This document shows positions 25,527 to 38,737 of a stretch of 64,000 nucleotides of DNA, one piece after another. The notes below the pieces were generated by a model. It was not told the DNA's origin. It saw only the letters and a program-made list of their open reading frames with translations, and ran no database searches. Both the position numbers and the translations under genes were made by a program. The stretch is from Toensbergia leucococca (lineage: Eukaryota), in assembly GCA_022813965.1 (NCBI GenBank), contig JALDZS010000044.1, positions 1 through 64,000 on the forward strand, read 5' to 3'. Every line of letters begins with the position of its first letter. Within the stretch, counting starts at the first letter, position 1.

Positions 25527-27171
25527 ATGCAGTGTGACATATGCTTTCGACCTTCGAATGGTCGACTGCCTTTCAACTGCACCAGCTGTGTTCGGAATGC
25601 ACTTTATGAGCCGCGGATACAACATGCCCAGGTACTCCTCCAGAGAGAGGCTGCTGGAAAGGACATCGAACGGATCATGACCATCAGTCATCCAGCTCGT
25701 CTTCCAGATGCATCCACATCTCCTTCAAATCTTCAGGGAGCGAATGCGCCTACTCGAGTTGCTGTTGATCGGACTCTGGCGAGCATTACTGAGGCCATGG
25801 AGCGAACTCAGGCCACATTTGACCACGTTGAGGCGCTGCAAAGACAAATCAAAGATATGAAGACCGATATTATGAAAAGAAAGCTGAATCAATCGAAACG
25901 GCGGTCAGATCTGGAGTCTGTAACCCGTGACTTGTCTCAACGAAGGGCAATCGCTATTGATCCCACGGAGAAGAGTATCAAGCGAACGGAGCATCGTTGG
26001 GATGCTATGCATATCAAGACTGCAGAATCCAGAAATTTCCTGTGTAGAGAAGCTGCGCATCTTTATGGACTGGAGCAACGTAAGCGAAGGAAAGGTGTGC
26101 CAGGAAGAGAGACCTATCTCATTGCTGGCGTGGCTATCGCTGATCTCAGGGATTTGAATAGTAATGCCCTGGTTCTGTCACCAGATAATTTAAGCTAATA
26201 CGTTCAAAGATGCCTCTCCAGCTCAAGTCACGACTTCGACCACTAGCCTCGCCCATCTCGTTCATCTCGTTTCTCACTACTTATCCCTCCGCTTACCGGC
26301 CGAGATCACCCTTCCCCATTGTGATTACCCTCTTCCTACTATATTTTCTCCTGGATCGTCTTATGCTTCTCGTGAATTCCCTTTTCCACGCTCGACTCCG
26401 TCCCAATCCTCAAACAACAGCCCCTCAGGCTCGCATACTGGTGACCTTCGTCCACCTCCCCGTCCACGCCCCCTTTATCTTGATAAGAAGCTCCCAGCCC
26501 TTGCAAAGGACGACCCTATCGCGTACGCTCTATTTGTGGAGGGAGTGACATTGCTAGCATGGGATATCGCATGGGTATGTAAGACCCAAGGTCTCAACGT
26601 TGGCGGAAATTCTTGGGATGAAGTCTGTGCGATGGGTAAAAATCTTTGGCAGCTGCTCGTTGCACCACCAACAACGGCACGATCTCCTCATAAAGATCTA
26701 TCAAAATTTCCAAGCCCCTTAAGGACACTTGTTGCAGCAAATACAACTGCACGTGAGGAGAGCGGGATTGAAGGATCGCTGGGACATTTTTCGCATGGCA
26801 CAGCGCACTCCTTCCTCGCAGCAGCAGAAGGGACCGAATATATGCGTGCATGGCGGCTTCAGAGTCCGGTCAAAGTCATCGAAAAAGTGAAGACTATACT
26901 ATCAAACGAGAGAACGGGGGCGGAGTGGGAGATCTTAGAGGGTAATGAATGGGAAGAAGATCCCGCGCCTGTATCGGCGAAGGCTGAGCAGGATACGAAG
27001 AGAGAAGAAGAGGAAGCAGTGATAGTGAAAGCGAGTAGGAGAAGTGACAGTGGATTTGATGACACAAGGAGTATCATAAGTGCTATGACGGCTGGCGATG
27101 AGGTCGATGTGAGCGTGGAGAAGGGAAGAGGCACGAGCGGCTGGACAAAGCTGAAGAGCAGGGGGGGATAA
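25527..27171 (+). CDS. ATG14: Atg14-like subunit of the autophagy PI3K complex (2 exons)
   Basis: N-terminal CxxC...CxxC (CDIC...CTSC), a long coiled coil, then HYLSLRLPAEITLP and FVEGVTLLAWDIAWVC. Intron 26161-26209. Confidence 0.85.
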
Positions 27172-27747
27172 TGGGCAATAGATTTCAGAGTTGGTGGTTT
27201 CTGTGTAGTGCAGGTTTAGTGCGCACAAGGCATATACCTCACATCTAACAGACACTGATGGATAAGAATTACAGGATATTCACGGCGATGAGATGGTGAT
27301 CCGTTTATTCTATCAGGTGTTTCAACACAGCTAGGGATAGCATGATCTTATCAAAACCGTGGGGGCATGAAAAGGAAGTAAATGTTGCTGCCAAATTCAA
27401 GCCTGCTTCTGTTTCTGTATTTACCCGATTGTGCTATCATGATTGCCCTGAAGGCATTTGGATTTGTCGATATCATTTATCTCAGAGCTAGGTAGGTAGA
27501 TGGTTCGACTGATGCTCAATCCTCATCATTCATCCTCACTCCTTCACTCATCTTGGCCCAAAGGACACATTCACTTTCTGACACCGCTAAATCTTTTTTA
27601 CACGACGATAGTATTTCCGTCCAGCCTTTCGTCGCGGCGACGGAAACAACGATCAACGTCAACACACAACGTAAACATCACATTCTTTACACAATCCCCA
27701 ACACCACCATCGCTCGTTCTGGGCCGATAACAACATCGATACTCAGT

Positions 27748-29312
27748 ATGCACTACCACGTCGCTCTTTGTGCTGTCATCGTTATTAGCATTACAAGTGT
27801 TGCGGCAAATTGTGTGCAAGATGCTCTCAAAAACACTTACTGCTCTGCCGTGCAGGCTATGAAGTATAGCGGATTTCCGGGCACTGGGACTTATGGTAAA
27901 GTAACTCTCATGGATAAAGACACTTATCTCAGCAAAGCTTGTGCCAGTGAGTTGTATACATACAGCGGATCGCTTTCTCCCCTGGATGAAGAGGTATGTT
28001 TTTTTGTGTGATCGCAAAGCCAAGTATCAGTACTTGGAGGCTGACAAATGCTGCACAGGTCTCCTGGCACATGCGTGGTCCTTTTCACCTGAAGCAGTTC
28101 GCCGTCTATACGCCTGGGAGTAGCTATAGCAAGCGCAATCTCATTGAGCGACATCATGGCCATCAGCATGTGCACGAGCGTGATAGCAAAAAAGCCAAGC
28201 ACCACGAACATGGATTTGGGCTTATACATGGGAAGCGTGCTGTAGGAGACCTGGTCACCGCGACGTTCACAGAGAATGGAGTAACTGAAACCATCACATT
28301 CGTTAACACCTACGCTGGTTCTCCCACATCTGCGAATTCCGCGGAAGGCACAACTAAATTCATTGCCTACCCTACAGCTTCTATCGGAGCCTCTAGACCT
28401 TCTTCATTCTCAAGCGTTAAGACCGTTGTACGGTCTTCAGTATCTTCCTCGACATCAGTTACGCCAAGTTTTGACACCGGAAGCGGTGGCTGGATCCGCC
28501 AAGCCTATTTCAACGCTGATGGTAGTGGGACCGTGGACGGACTCGTATTCTTAAACCACAATGGTACTCCAGGGATTTCGGGTACTTTTGATTAGTTCGT
28601 TTTATCAAATATAATCAATTGCTCCTGTTCTCACAGAGAAACAGCATGTTCGGCTCTTCACTCTCCTATGCTGCCTCTGATCCCTTCTATCCCTCTTCAT
28701 CCCCGCAGGTTCTTGCCGACGCAATGATTGACGATGGTATCGAAGTTGTCATCATGTCCGACAAGAGCTGCAGTGATGGTAGCTGCGGGTACACTCGACC
28801 AAACGCTCAAGCCTTTCGTAGGCCACCTTAAAATCAACAAGCTAGAGTATTCAACTAACAACTTTGCAGACGGCTTTGGTGGATCTGACAAGGCGTTTCT
28901 AGTGGAATTTTCTATGCCATTGACTGGAAAGAGAGGGATCAATATGGATATGCCTTCTGTATGGATACTCAACGCCCAAGTACCGAACACGCTGCAGTAC
29001 GGTAATGGCAACCCTTCTTGCTCATGCTGGCCAGGGTGCGGTGAGCTCGACGTGTTCGAGATTCTTGTCCCTGGAGACACTCGGTGTACGTCTTCGCTGC
29101 ACCTTGATCCAGGAAATGGCTCTTCCGACTACTTTCCACGTCCCACCAACGGTACTGTCAAGGTAGCCGTAGTATTTTCTGGTAGCGATGTGAACATCCA
29201 GATCTTGGACGACAACCAAACGTTTGATTCAACGCTTTCAAGCTCAACAATTGGGGGCTTTTGCAACGTTGAAAAGGCCGTCAAGGCAGTCTCAAATGTC
29301 GTGGTCGGCTGA
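27748..29312 (+). CDS. TOS1: Secreted Tos1/Pga52-like cell-wall protein (DUF2403 + DUF2401, GH16-like ExDxxE)
   Basis: Signal peptide, YSGSLSPLDEEVSWHMRGP, DMPSVWILNAQVPNTLQYG, CSCWPGCGELDVFE and DYFPRP. Three introns. Confidence 0.88.
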
Positions 29313-29884
29313 TCAGTCATAGCATTGGAGGGTCGAGTATTGGATAGGTGCAGCGGCTGGATAGCAACGCATATCTTGGGGGCCCCAGTGAGGTCTGAAG
29401 AAAATGTGTGTAGAGACTAGATTCCTGCATCCTCCACTTGAGCAAAGCATGAATGGTGCGAGCTCGATCATTTTGATCCTCTTAGGAACACTGAGTGAAT
29501 AAACAATCGATTCTCATGAGACCAATGACAGTGTTGACGTAATAACAGATGAAAAAGGGGAGAAGATTGAAAAACTGCTGCAGTACAGTTCTTTATTCCC
29601 ATCATGTTCTTTCATTTTTGTCTCGGTGTTCTCTTCGTGAAAGCAACGTCTTCAAGAGATGTTGATAGCGATTGCGGAAGTTGTACGGAGTAGGGGTACA
29701 ATCCTCGATGATGTATGGCTCTTAGCTTAGTCGAGGATCCTTAATCTTGCCGAGGTTGCATTCAGCTATTTTGAATTTGCATGAGCCCCGCCAGCTATTC
29801 TATTTACCCGAGGAATATTTCCTCGAGGCTTGATTTCAACGACCATCTATCAAATGCGCCAGTGAAAGTACAATAGGCCTCAAG

Positions 29885-31407
29885 ATGGCCTCGCCGTCGC
29901 CACCGAAGCCATGGGAAAGAAATGGCAGTACGAGTAGGTGTCCCGGTGAGCCCTAATCGGCCGAATGAAATTGTTCGTCATTCACACCTTCGCTAATCCA
30001 TCAACAGCACTCTCTTCGACTTCCGGCTTGTCTTCAGCCCCTGTCAGTAATCCCCATACCTCACCCCTCTCATCCACGCCCGCCGCGACCAGCTCTTCAC
30101 AGCCACCAGCAATCCCCTCAAGACCTTCCGCCCTCAATTCCGTCGTCAACCGCACAGCCTCAAATTATGCTCCTTATGGTGGCGCCGCTTCTCGGCTTGG
30201 TACCTCGCCATACGGTGGTGTGGGTGGTGTGGGAGGTATGAACGGCTACAGCTCGCCCTACTCACGCTTCGGTGGCATGGGTGGTTCGATGTATGGGGGT
30301 ATGGGTGGTATGGGTGGTATGGGTGGCATGTACGGCGGAATGGGAGGTATGGGGGGTATGGGCGGCATGTACGGAGGGATGGGTCAACCCGGCATGATGG
30401 GAGGCGACCCCAACGATCCCAACAGCCTAACGAACAGCTTCAGTCAGAGCACACAAGCTACGTTCCAGATCATAGAGAGCATAGTCGGTGCATTCGGTGG
30501 CTTCGCACAGATGCTCGAGAGCACGTACATGGCTACCCACTCAAGTTTCTTTGGTAAGTTCCTTCCCAATCTCAATACTCCCACTCGAAGAATACATGCC
30601 CTGACCTCCTCAAAAGCCATGGTCTCCGTCGCCGAACAATTCACGTCCCTCCGCACCACCCTCGGCTCCATCCTCGGCATCTTCACCGTCCTCCGCTGGA
30701 TCCGTACCCTCTTCGCCAAAATAACCGGCCGCCCTCCTCCAGTAGACGCCACCTCCCTAACCCCCGCCGCCTTCTTCTCCTCACAAAACCTCCCTTTACC
30801 CCCCAATCACAACCCACAAAACACTCCCGCCACACCCTCCAAAAAGCCCTTCCTCGTCTTCCTCCTCGCCGTCTTCGGCCTCCCTTATCTAATGGGAAAA
30901 CTTATCCGCGCCCTTGCCCGCTCCCAGGAGGCAGAAGCCGCAAAACAAAACCAGCTCCTCCTGGACGAGAACGGCAACCCCCTCCCCCCGGACCAGCAAG
31001 CCCAGCCCATCGATCCCAGCAAACTGGACTTCTGTCGCGTGCTTTACGACTACACCCCCGACCCGGCAACTACAGGCGGTGCCCTAGCAGCGGGCATCGA
31101 CCTCGACGTCAAGCGCGGTGATCTGGTCGCCGTGCTCAGCAAAAGCGACCCCATGGGCAACGCATCTGAGTGGTGGCGGTGCCGGGCTCGAGACGGCCGC
31201 GTCGGCTATCTGCCCGGCGTGTACCTGGAAGCTATCCAGCGACGAATCAAGGAGATTACGAACTCGGCGTCTGGAAGTCGGGCGAATACGATGAGTTCAA
31301 GAGAGGAGGATAGGGAGAGTATGCTGGTCGGAGTTGGGGGACCCAAGGTGGAAAGCAAGGCGGTGGATATCTCTGCCGAGAGTTTTCAGAAGAGTCAGTT
31401 TTATTAG
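29885..31407 (+). CDS. PEX13: Peroxin Pex13 (YG-rich N-terminus, TM region, SH3)
   Basis: MASPSPPKPWE, TQATFQIIESIVGAFGGFAQMLESTYMATHSSFF and SH3 (RVLYDY...EWWRCRARDGRVGYLP). Introns ~29934-30008 and 30554-30616. Confidence 0.97.
30271..30400 (+). repeat. GGM/YGG coding repeat in the Pex13 YG domain
   Basis: Degenerate GGTGGTATG-type units encode GGMGGMYGGMGGM. Confidence 0.85.
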
Positions 31408-31791
31408 TTCTGAGCGGGACTACTGGGTCTAGGAAATAGCGGGCGTGTGTTTTCTTTCTTTGTTTTGGTAGTAGGGCTTTTATTTTCTGTTCTGGGTGAA
31501 TGGGAGTTTCTTGGAACCAGGAATATGAGAACGATTGTACGGGAAGGTGAACCCGGCGAGAGGATGAGCCTATCTGGCCAGGGGCAGAGTCTCGAAGCTG
31601 AAGTAATTAAGAACAGCTAAGACATTGGGAATGCCATGGCCTCCATATTTCCATTCTCATCATAAAATTGCATCTACGTACATGAATAAAGTCTGCAAAA
31701 GGGGTATCATTCCCCGTCATCCTACCGAGGTACGCCTCAAAACACTCCCACAACCAAAAACCCTCAAAGCCATCCACAGCCCGTAAAGTCT

Positions 31792-33452
31792 TCAGCCCGT
31801 ACCCCTCCTCACCGCACTCCCCGGCCCGCCAACATTACTCGCATGCGCCAGTAAAAATTTACAGCACGTAAGCGTATATTTGCAGGCCTGCGTCCACGTT
31901 TCGTCATTAGTGGATCCAAGCTTAATGCTAATATTTTCGATCAGATCCTTGCGGATTTTATACGGTAGCTTCAATCCCCCTCCCCCTCCCCCTCCACCGT
32001 CGCCACCGATTTCTCTGGCTTGACCGCTAGCGTTGCTGGGGCTGGCTGAATTGGAGGCACTGGAGGGATCGGTACCGTTTTGAACGAACTCGCCGAGTTG
32101 GCGCAGGCATTCAAGGAAGGCGACCATACCTGCGTCAATGCGACGGTGGAGGATCATACGAGCGAGGGGGAGGTCGCCGGAGGAGAACAGGTCGAGAGAG
32201 GTGATTTTTGGTTGGGAGGCTGAAGTGGGTGGAGCTGTGCCGGACGATTGCGCGGGCGAAGGAGGATATTCGATTCTCTCAATTTTAGATGTGCTGCCCA
32301 TTGGTTTTATTCTATAGCCTCGAAATGAAAATCCCAGCTTTTCTGCTACGGTTGCGAGGAGTAGACTGGCTGTACCCCATGCGGCATTGATTTCAGCCCA
32401 GTCGACATTTTGTTGGGGCGGAAGACGGCCAAGGCGGAGGCCGTTGATGGTGGCGAAGTTGCCATCGTGGCCGATACAGAAGGTGTCATTGTAGACGTTG
32501 GTGCGTTGGAGGCGCTCGAGTTGCTGAGCGTCGTGGTCGTAAGCGGCATTGAGTGCATCGCGATCATTCTGGAAGGACGAGAGAGTAAGAGCGAAGGCAT
32601 TGCGTGCGCGCCAGAAGGCTTCTTCTTCGAGATCGAGGGCACGGGACTCGGCTTCAAGGGTGTCGATCTCCTCATCTAAAGACGCTTTTTCTCTCTCAAG
32701 TGCTTGGAGATCGGCAAAGGCCCGAGCTTCGGCGGACTTGGCAGCGGCAAGGTCAGACTGGGCTTTGGAGACTTCTAACTGTGTGGGAATGGTATTGTTC
32801 AGCTTTTTGACGAAGGAGATGTATGCATCTCGTTCTTTGGTTGAGGCGGACAGGCGGCTTTGTAGGGAGGAGAGGAGGAGGTCGGTACACTCGGTGCATA
32901 TGGGATGATCTATGTCGGAACGAGATGAAAGAATCTCGAAAAGGCGAGTTGTGGATTCGATTTGGAGAGATAGGGACTGTCTTGAATCGCCAGATGGGTC
33001 CGCGGGGGAAGCACTATTTCTTTGAGGCTTCCGCTTCGAGCGGGATTCTTTGGACCCATTTGTACTAGGTTGAGGAAGTGTGACTTGCGAGTCTGTGAGC
33101 ATTACAAAGGACATTGCTGGGTTATCTTTCAACCCGGCCTGGGTCGATGCAGCCATGGCTGCTTGTGGCCCAAGACCCGGACGAGCCGAGGGGATGGTCC
33201 TTTTGAAGATTGGCGAGACCGCATCTTGAGACACGCGGTTGTAGAGGTCCTTTCGATCTTGAGGATATGGAGGGCGAGAGGGGGCAGTATTCGGGTCAAC
33301 AGAGTTGCCGGTAGAGCCTGGGGAAGATTAGTGACTGTCTCCAAAGGTTGGTATGAGGTGAGCAGACCTACGAGGAGATCAAAAGCTGCGGAATTCAGGT
33401 CTTGGAGGGAAGTATCAAGTTTGAGAGGGGTTCGACATTTCTGGCAATTCAT
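31792..33452 (-). CDS. ATG6: Atg6/Vps30 (Beclin-1 homolog), 2 exons
   Basis: MNCQKCRTPL, DIDHPICTECTD, LQRTNVYNDTFCIGHDGNFATINGLRLGRL, WAEINAAWG and WTQACKYTLTCCKFLLA. Confidence 0.97.
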
Positions 33453-33674
33453 GATACCGTAATATCTGGAGGAGAGTATTGGTCGTGTGCCCCAAAGTCA
33501 AGAAGGTCTAGGCACTATTTAGTCGTACGAATAGAACACCTTATTTACAGGCACAGGTCTGACGTCATGTTTATCGATTTGTCAACATCATTACTACACC
33601 GTCAATACTAACTCATTCAGTGCCTCTTACAGCATGCTCCTCAACCTCGAGGCTCTACCTATCTCCAAAGTACA

Positions 33675-34722
33675 ATGGCACATAGTCGAATTGCCGCCGT
33701 GACCGGTGCCAACAAGGTTTGTTCCCCCCCCAAACATTCTATCCCTTACTATCCTATTCATACGATGAAATATAGGGCATCGGCTTTAGCATCGTCAGAA
33801 ACCTCGCTCTTCAATATCCAAAGTCTTCCTTCAACAACGGGTCGTTGCTCATCTACTTGACCGCACGAGATCAAGGCAGAGGCGAAGAGGCACTGAAGAA
33901 CATTCACAGCGACTCCGAGCTCAAAAGGGCTAAAGTCCTCGCTGAAGATGGTGGCCAAACAACCGTTCGGTACCATCAGCTCGATATCTCCGATACCAAA
34001 AGCATCGATGACTTTGGATCGTTTCTGAAAAAAGAACATCCTAATGGCATAGATTTTGTGATTAACAACGCTGCTATTGCAATGACCGGATTCGGTAGGC
34101 ATCTTTACTAAGGAATAGCATTATTACATGCACCAGCTGATTCTCGGGATGTTTCTCAGATTCGAACGTAGTTCAGCAAACCTTGCATTCGAATTACTAC
34201 GGCACGCTTGAGGCGATTGAGCAGTTCCTACCACTCATCAAGGATGGGGGCCGCTTAGTGAACGTGTCTAGCATGGCCGGAAAGCTTTACAAATACTCGG
34301 ACAAGATACGTAATGGTTTTCTTAGCGCAAAGACTGTGCCCGAGATTACGGCAATGATGGAGAATTTCAAAGAAGCCGTTAAGAACGGCGACGAGAAAAA
34401 GCAAGGCTGGATCAGCGCTGCATACGCGGTCTCTAAAGCAGGTACGCGGAACACTCTATAGCTTATCTCAACGCACTGAAGCTAATTTTTACCTGAAGGC
34501 GTGACTGGCATGACGAAAGCTGTTGCCCTCCAGCAGCAGCAAAAAGGCTCGAAGACGCTGATCAATTCATGCTGCCCAGGCTATGTCGCAACGGACATGA
34601 CAAAGGGTGGAGGAAGTAGAACGCCCGATCAGGGTGCTCAGACTCCTGTTCTTTTGGCTCTGGGTGACATCGGTGGACAGACCGGACTCTTTTGGCAAGA
34701 CGAGAGGCCTATCGAGTGGTAG
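33675..34722 (+). CDS. Carbonyl reductase-type short-chain dehydrogenase/reductase (4 exons)
   Basis: VTGANKGIG, INNAA, VNVSS, catalytic YxxxK (YAVSK) and CCPGYVATDM. Confidence 0.93.
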
Positions 34723-35441
34723 CATGCTGGCAGTAGATGAAATCTACAAGAATGGCCCTGAAAGTAATACAAGCCATTACATCAACATATACTAGGAGTA
34801 TTAGTCTGAAGAACTACCCCGAGAGTATGGAGTAGGGCTTTGTTTCTTAAGAGAACAACATTCGAGCTTCTGCAAAATTTCATCTCGAATTCCCGCCCCT
34901 TGACTTTACCGTCGTATGGGCTGCTGTTTTCTCTAGCGCTTTCATGTTCTCACCCCGTGAATATGTTGCGAATCTCCCGTCTTCATCATTAGAATAGGTG
35001 GTGTCGACAGTCAAACTCTTTTCCATTTCTTGGATTGATTAGTATTGCCAGAAGTGCTTTTTTTGTGCATTCAAGCCAATTTGCTGGCGTCAAGCTTGTC
35101 GAAGCCTTCCGAAAACCTCGACATCGCTCATAGCTTAGTAAAATGAATTTTGGGCCAAACGTAGATACGATTCTCCACCATAGTACGTGAAAAGTCCTAC
35201 ATGGTGATCAGAAAAGCCAGTTGCTTGATCCAGGCAATTTTACCCTTGGTAGGAAAAGCTGAAGGCACGGGGAACATAGAAAGGTCTTAGTCGACGTCGA
35301 AGATTAAGAGCCATGATTACTGCTATACTGGTGAGTGATGGAAATTGGTTCAAGGTAAACAAAGATTGTTGGTTTCCTACTTCGGAGACCTATGAACTTT
35401 CGATCATGCTACGAGTACGTAGTAATTCCAAAACCCAAGTC

Positions 35442-37300
35442 TTATTCTTCCTGGTCATTTCCATGCTCCTGGCGTCTTTCCTCATTCTGGTATATCTCAT
35501 CCTCCTGGCCTCGCTCCTCCTGGCCTCTTTTCCTCAAATTCTCGACCCCGTATAACAATTCTCTCAAAATCGCCATATCACTTGTCCCCACCCCTTCATT
35601 TCTTTCCATCATCCCCGCGTGCCGATTTATCGCTCGAACAGCTTCCCGCGCCTCACCCCCTTCTCCCCAGCACCCTGTTATCAAATTGAATTTTAGCTCA
35701 CCGACTGATGGTCGAGACAGTGAGGAAGCTATGACTGTGGTTGATGAAGGCGCATGGATGTTGTCCACGGAGTAGATGATTGAGGCGTGGTGTTCTAGGA
35801 CGGAGACGTCGATGATGTTGCCTGGGAGCGGGTGGGAGGTGTTGTGACAGAGAGTCCCGTGGGGCGAGAGGGTGTAGATGAAAAGGGCGGCGAGGCTAGA
35901 TAGTGGGATTAGCTTAGGGGTTTGCGGAAAGGGGCAAGTGTACGGACCCTTCGCAGGCGACGAATATATGGCTTTGGGGGTGGGTGACGGGAGCGGAAAG
36001 GAGATTGAGGCCCCAGATGCCGGTGATGGCGATTTTTCTGTTCTGGTCCTCGAGGCTGTCTTCCACGTTGCTTTTTACTGCTGTCTTGCCGTTGGTGGTT
36101 AGATCTGAAACATTGTCTTTCTTGAAAGTATCAACTTGAGTTATTAGGTCCACTTTCTGTCGTACGCAGCCAGACAGCCAGTCCCAGACAAGTAAGTAAT
36201 CATCACCTCCTCCGGATATCAGCGTATCCCGTTGCCAATGGGGGATATACATTTTATTGACAAATTCCGTGTGCCCGAGGCAATACCCTTCGATGATGTG
36301 AGCCTGAGGCAAGCCGCGGGAAACTCGGATGTGCTCGTCACGATCGCACGTAAGTATGTAGCTTCGAGACCGTACTTGAAGGGAGTTCATCGCGTCGAGA
36401 GTAACGTACACTAGATCTGTCAGAAGAGAGACGTGACCTAGGAGTAATTGGTGCTCGAAGTCTAAGGTTCTTTTCTTGGCAGCTGTAATTTTAGTGTTTT
36501 GCTGGTCTAAGAGCGCTTGTCGGTTTCTTTGGGTGTGTACTGTCCTTGAGTTGGCCGAGGGGACAAAAGGCTTGGGTGGGGGTTCCGTTTTATCTTTAGA
36601 AGGCCCATATCCTACTATTCCTGATCCAACAACACTTTCGGATGGCTCTACTAGTAGAGGAAGAGAATAGACATCACCGAACTTGTCAGCGCACGCAATC
36701 TTGGATTCGTCGGGGGCTAGAACGATTGCACAGGGCCTCTTCGGCATATGCCTAGGTTTCGTATCAGCGAGCGCGGTATCCGGTGATTTATTGCTTCACA
36801 GCTAACCTTTGGCTAAGCTGCTTTAAGAAGCCTTCCGTTGATAACTCTAGGACTCGGATACATTTGTCCTCGCACGTGGTGGCGACAACGTATTGGCCAT
36901 TAGATGAACCAACTAACTTGATCACAGCTAGATTGGGGGCTTGCTTCTTCTTCTTGTTCTTCTTCTTCTTTCGGCGCGACTTGGTACTAGTCTCATCTGC
37001 ATTTTCAGTAATGATCTCTGCAGAACTGCTCTCGGAATCTTGTCCTGCAGTCGAAAGTTTCCGACGCTTGCTTGGCTGTTCAGAACTCTTTTCCCCATGA
37101 AGAAGTTTTGAATTGGTTGGAGACTGCTCTGTGGTCTCTGCAGCTTGAATTAAGCCTTGCTCGGAGGACCAAAGTGAAAGAAAAGCACCATTGGGGAGAC
37201 TAAAAGAAAAGATATAGGACCCGGATGCTGCGAGGAGAATATCAGGCTTCTGATGAGTAGCCTGAGAACAGAGAAGGAGACACTGAAATGGCTGTAGCAT
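35442..37300 (-). CDS. TRM82: tRNA (m7G46) methyltransferase WD40 subunit Trm82 (3 exons)
   Basis: EDKCIRV, MPKRPCAI, ADKFGDVY, LLGHVSLLTD, DRDEHIRVSR, CLGHTEFV, SGGGDDYL and C-terminal LYGVENLRKR. Confidence 0.95.
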
Positions 37301-37608
37301 ACTACGACTCTGCTGCTTGAGACATTCTCGAATTACATAGAAATACCTACAATTTTTTCTTAAGTGGTGATGAAGTACGGAGTACCTTACATTCGAGTCA
37401 TTACGAGTATGCAAGCGTATCCGTAGATGAAGGATACCAAAGCTCGGACCACATTCGTCAATTTGGCAAGCGAGCTTACATAATTCGCACAACTACCATT
37501 TTCGACAATGCGAGACGTCTCGTTCGACACAAGTGCTTCATCACTGCACACATTCCCCCAAACCCATCCATTTGACCCTTAAATATCCTATCTTCACCAT
37601 AAGAAGAT

Positions 37609-38737
37609 ATGGGGGGCAAAACGAGTAACAAGGCCGTCTATTTTGACAAGCTCAAGGGTTTGCTAGAGGAGTACAAATCAATCTTTATTGTCACAGTCAA
37701 CAATGTCAGCTCCCAGCAAATGCACAAGATTAGGAGGAGTCTGAGAGGAGAAGGCGTCGTGCTGATGGGCAAGAACACCATGGTAAGATCACTTCTTTGA
37801 TTCTCCTTAAGTTCAGATTAGGAGACAAGTCTTGCTCATGCATATATGTAGGTTCGTAGGGCTATCAAAGGCTTCCTAAGCGACTTTCCCGAATACGAGC
37901 GTCTCCTGCCTCACGTAAAAGGTAAAGGAAATTCGAGTCTCATCCATCAAAAGATCGCCGCATGTAATAACATGTACAAGGCAATGTCGGCTTCATTTTC
38001 ACCAATTCAGACTTAAATAAAACGCGTGAAGTGATCCTAGCAGAGAAAGTTGCAGCCCCCGCAAGAGCTGGCGCCGTGGCACCTCTCGACGTCTTCGTCC
38101 CGGCCGGGAATACCGGCATGGAACCGGGCAAGACCTCTTTCTTCCAGGCTCTAGGTGTACCCACCAAGATTGCTCGTGGTACCATCGAAATCACAACGGA
38201 TTTGAAGCTCGTCGAAGCAGGTAGTAAAGTTGGAGCGTCCGAGGCCACACTACTGAACATGCTCAACATCTCTCCCTTCACTTACGGCATGAGCATCTCT
38301 CAAGTCTATGATGGAGGCCAGACTTTCAGTCCGGATGTGCTTGACATTGAGGAATCGCAGCTGTTTGCAGCGTTGAACTCTGCCATCAAGACCATCACTA
38401 CCATTTCCCTTGCCACCGACTACCCCACTCTTCCATCCATCATGCACACCCTTATCAATGGGTACAAGAAGGTTTTAGCGGTCGCGGTTGAGACAGATTA
38501 TAGCTGGGAAGGTATCGATGAGCTCAAGGATCGCATTGCTAATCCAGACGCATATGCTTCGGCGGGTCCTGCTGCTGGGGCAGAGGAAACGGCTGCGCCT
38601 GAGGCGGTGGAAGAAGCACCGGCTGCGGCTGAGTCCGAGGCCGAGGAAAGCGGAGACGAAGGTCCGTATTTCAGTCTGTGAGAAAGGAGGAGTTGCGCTA
38701 ACAGTGTGTCTCAGGATTCGGTGGATTGTTTGACTAG
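37609..38737 (+). CDS. RPP0: 60S acidic ribosomal protein P0 (uL10), 4 exons
   Basis: [39 protein letters not shown] and C-terminal EESGDEGFGGLFD*. Confidence 0.98.
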
